Shown in pieces: positions 62,089 to 64,000 of a stretch of DNA of 64,000 nucleotides. Origin of the DNA: a virus. Its lineage: Duplodnaviria > Caudoviricetes. Within the stretch, counting starts at the first letter, position 1, and every line of letters starts with the position of its first letter. The position numbers were made by a program, and so were the translations under genes. The DNA lies in the IMG/VR virus record IMGVR_UViG_3300033463_000038, positions 32,001 through 96,000 of that record, one strand, 5' to 3'. The notes under the pieces are model-generated. The model was not told the DNA's origin. It made no database searches and was given only the letters and a program-made list of their open reading frames with translations.

Positions 62089-62837
62089 ATCTCTGGAAGG
62101 AAGAATTCTGGAGACATAGAAATCTCGGCGTAAGCTTTTTCACCACATTCGCACTTATATTCAGCGTACGGAATAGCGCCGAACGTGTATTTTCTGAGTG
62201 TGCTTACTAGACGTGAGAAATCCTTTGCGCTGCCATTGCCTCTCGTAAAGTACGTATAAGCTTCGTAGATGCTTACTGGACTGCCGTTGATAGTCTTCAC
62301 GTTTGATGCGACAGTCAACATGTCAGAGTCGATATTCTCGATGAAAGCTGGATTTGCTTTTGTCCTCTCGACTTCGATCTCTGTCTCGATGTCCGGAAAT
62401 TCCAGTGTCAGCTTGTCGCCATTTGGAAGTTCGAGCTCTTCAGGCAGTTCGTTTTCGAGATATACTACGATCAAGTCGGACAGCCGATAGTCGTACAGCT
62501 TCTCTGCGCCGCACTTCTTGCACTTGCCTATAACCTTCATCGGCTGGTCATCGTAAGTGATCGAGCGCAGATAGTAGATCAACCATAGCTTGTCGTTCAC
62601 CTTGATCTTTCCTACGCTTATTCCGTCTAGAGCGCTGTTCAGAATCTTGTTGAAGATATTATTAGCGTTCTCCTTACGTACTTTAGAAAGCTCTTTCATT
62701 TCGATTGCGCTAAGCTTTCTGGCAGTGATGTCGCCGTCATAATAACGGCCTTTCGAAGGCAATAGCGACTTATTGATCGTTACTCTTCTAGGAGAGCTGA
62801 TTTTTGATACTTCACTCACTTCACGGATAGACTTCAT
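62085..62837 (-). CDS. baseplate hub assembly protein, gp26-like paralog
   Basis: LPSKGRYY, DKLWLIYYLR, CKKC and CEC, FFLP end. Confidence 0.7.
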   Translation of the reverse strand: MKSIREVSEVSKISSPRRVTINKSLLPSKGRYYDGDITARKLSAIEMKELSKVRKENANNIFNKILNSALDGISVGKIKVNDKLWLIYYLRSITYDDQPMKVIGKCKKCGAEKLYDYRLSDLIVVYLENELPEELELPNGDKLTLEFPDIETEIEVERTKANPAFIENIDSDMLTVASNVKTINGSPVSIYEAYTYFTRGNGSAKDFSRLVSTLRKYTFGAIPYAEYKCECGEKAYAEISMSPEFFLPEI

Positions 62838-62865
62838 AGTTGAAAACTCCTGTTCAAGTTATAAG

Positions 62866-63114
62866 CTATTTATGCTTTCTTCTGATCTCTTTCTGTTTCT
62901 TGGGCATTTCGATCTTTAGATCTCGGCCAGTTATATCTACGATAGTGCCATCTGGTTTGTAAACTCTTAGAAACTTATCACCAGAAAATGTCTTCAGCCA
63001 CTCGTATTTAGCTGCTTCGATCTGCTGTTCATAGCACGTTCTGTCGTTGCAGATGTGTATAGTAGCTGCAAATGCGAAGGCAGCGAACAATAGTACAAAG
63101 TTGATAGTCTTCAT
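62866..63114 (-). CDS. small exported protein with signal peptide
   Basis: MKTINFVLLFAAFAFA|A; minus-strand TATAAATA at 63122-63129. Confidence 0.65.
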   Translation of the reverse strand: MKTINFVLLFAAFAFAATIHICNDRTCYEQQIEAAKYEWLKTFSGDKFLRVYKPDGTIVDITGRDLKIEMPKKQKEIRRKHK

Positions 63115-63121
63115 AGTATAC

Positions 63122-63144
63122 TATTTATAGCGCTCATATAAATA
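63122..63144. promoter_or_regulatory. back-to-back divergent late promoters
   Basis: TATTTATA 63122-63129 and TATAAATA 63137-63144. Confidence 0.75.
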
Positions 63145-63169
63145 AACAGATAAAACCGGAGAATTTAGC

Positions 63170-64000
63170 ATGGGAATCATGGAAAAGCTTTCAGATATGA
63201 GAAGAAGAGTCGATGAAGACTGGAGAGATGACGCCAGAGCCGCTATATCTGCGAAATCGGTAAAAGACTTTCATAAGAAAAGACTAGATAAATTGAGCTT
63301 CTCGATAGATACCAGTTTTGGTTACTTCAGATTGAATATACAGCCTACTAAATGGGGGGATGGACTCGATCTAAGGGTATATTTGGGAGAAGATTATCTA
63401 TTTTACGAGATTTTCAATGGTGTCAAAGAACTGAAAGAATTTATCGAGAACAAAGTGATTGACAAGATCTATGAAAGAGTCCGCGAGAAGTTCTACTACA
63501 AGATCCAGAAGATGCCGAGGGATGAAGCGAAGTCGATATTGAAGAGGTTTGACATTCTTCTTGACGAGCTTGCCGAAGGCATCAAGATGGAGATCGACTT
63601 CGATAAACTTGAAAAAGATCTTCATCGCTATGCTGTCTATTCGAAAGCTTTGAACGATAGAAGCAGCAACAAGTCAAACTTGGAGACACGCGCTAGAAGA
63701 AACTTCGAGAAGGAACACGGATTCGAAGTCGGTGACGTAGTCTATGGAACTCACAGATCCGATCTGAGAGACGGAAAGGCTTACGTCGTTACCGAAATCG
63801 TTGATGACGCCAGTGATAAGAAGTTCTGGAAGTATAAGCTAAAACCAGAGAACGGCCGTGGTCAGGGAGCCACAGTTTACGGCTATCAGATATATCTTGC
63901 TAGTGAAGTGATCGACTCAGCAGTCAACAATCCCGATGATCCGAAGTATACACCGAAGTTCGACCAGCAGCAGTACATGATGGACCGATATAGCGCTGAT
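63170..64000 (+). CDS. hypothetical late protein, 3' truncated by window
   Basis: GGAG SD, ATG 63170, open for 277 codons to window end (MGIMEKLSDMRRRVDED...). Confidence 0.8.
   Translation, partial: MGIMEKLSDMRRRVDEDWRDDARAAISAKSVKDFHKKRLDKLSFSIDTSFGYFRLNIQPTKWGDGLDLRVYLGEDYLFYEIFNGVKELKEFIENKVIDKIYERVREKFYYKIQKMPRDEAKSILKRFDILLDELAEGIKMEIDFDKLEKDLHRYAVYSKALNDRSSNKSNLETRARRNFEKEHGFEVGDVVYGTHRSDLRDGKAYVVTEIVDDASDKKFWKYKLKPENGRGQGATVYGYQIYLASEVIDSAVNNPDDPKYTPKFDQQQYMMDRYSAD

Noticed and set aside
1-64000. Stop-codon recoding
   Set aside because: Conserved genes are full length in the standard code and TAA, TAG and TGA all end genes.
1-64000. Specific host assignment (for example Fibrobacter-like rumen anaerobe)
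   Set aside because: Signal-peptide style and NrdD are only suggestive; needs spacer matches or homolog taxonomy.

Overview
A 64-kb segment of a large lytic myophage of the T4-like lineage, read in the standard genetic code. It carries T4-type virion genes (gp3-, gp5-, gp6-, gp13-, gp14-, gp15-, gp18-, gp19-, gp25- and two gp26-like), replication/recombination genes (family B polymerase gp43, gp46/gp47, UvsW, UvsY-like, PD-(D/E)xK nuclease), class III ribonucleotide reductase NrdD with an upstream redoxin, a MoxR-AAA/VWA pair, Hsp20, tail fibres and a cluster of probable internal head proteins. Gene order is scrambled relative to T4. Two promoter classes are visible: many TATAAATA late promoters and a conserved sigma70-type early promoter (TTTAGA-N17-TATATT) often followed by an ACAAGGACCA ribosome-binding leader. 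NrdD suggests an anaerobic host. No tRNA, CRISPR array, integrase or reverse transcriptase was recognised. Most notable: (1) a plasmid-like replicon module at 44.2-46.0 kb (mutually exclusive RNA pseudoknot leader, AEP-primase/PriCT/HTH-like Rep, downstream inverted-repeat ori candidate); (2) a recurring layer of hairpins whose loops are antisense to ribosome-binding sites; (3) two ~10.5-bp-periodic DNA elements, one embedded in-frame in gp6; (4) an ATPase-only terminase paralog next to a structured RNA; (5) strong Ser-Gly/Ser-Ala motif enrichment in virion proteins. All family assignments are from motif recognition by eye, without database searches.
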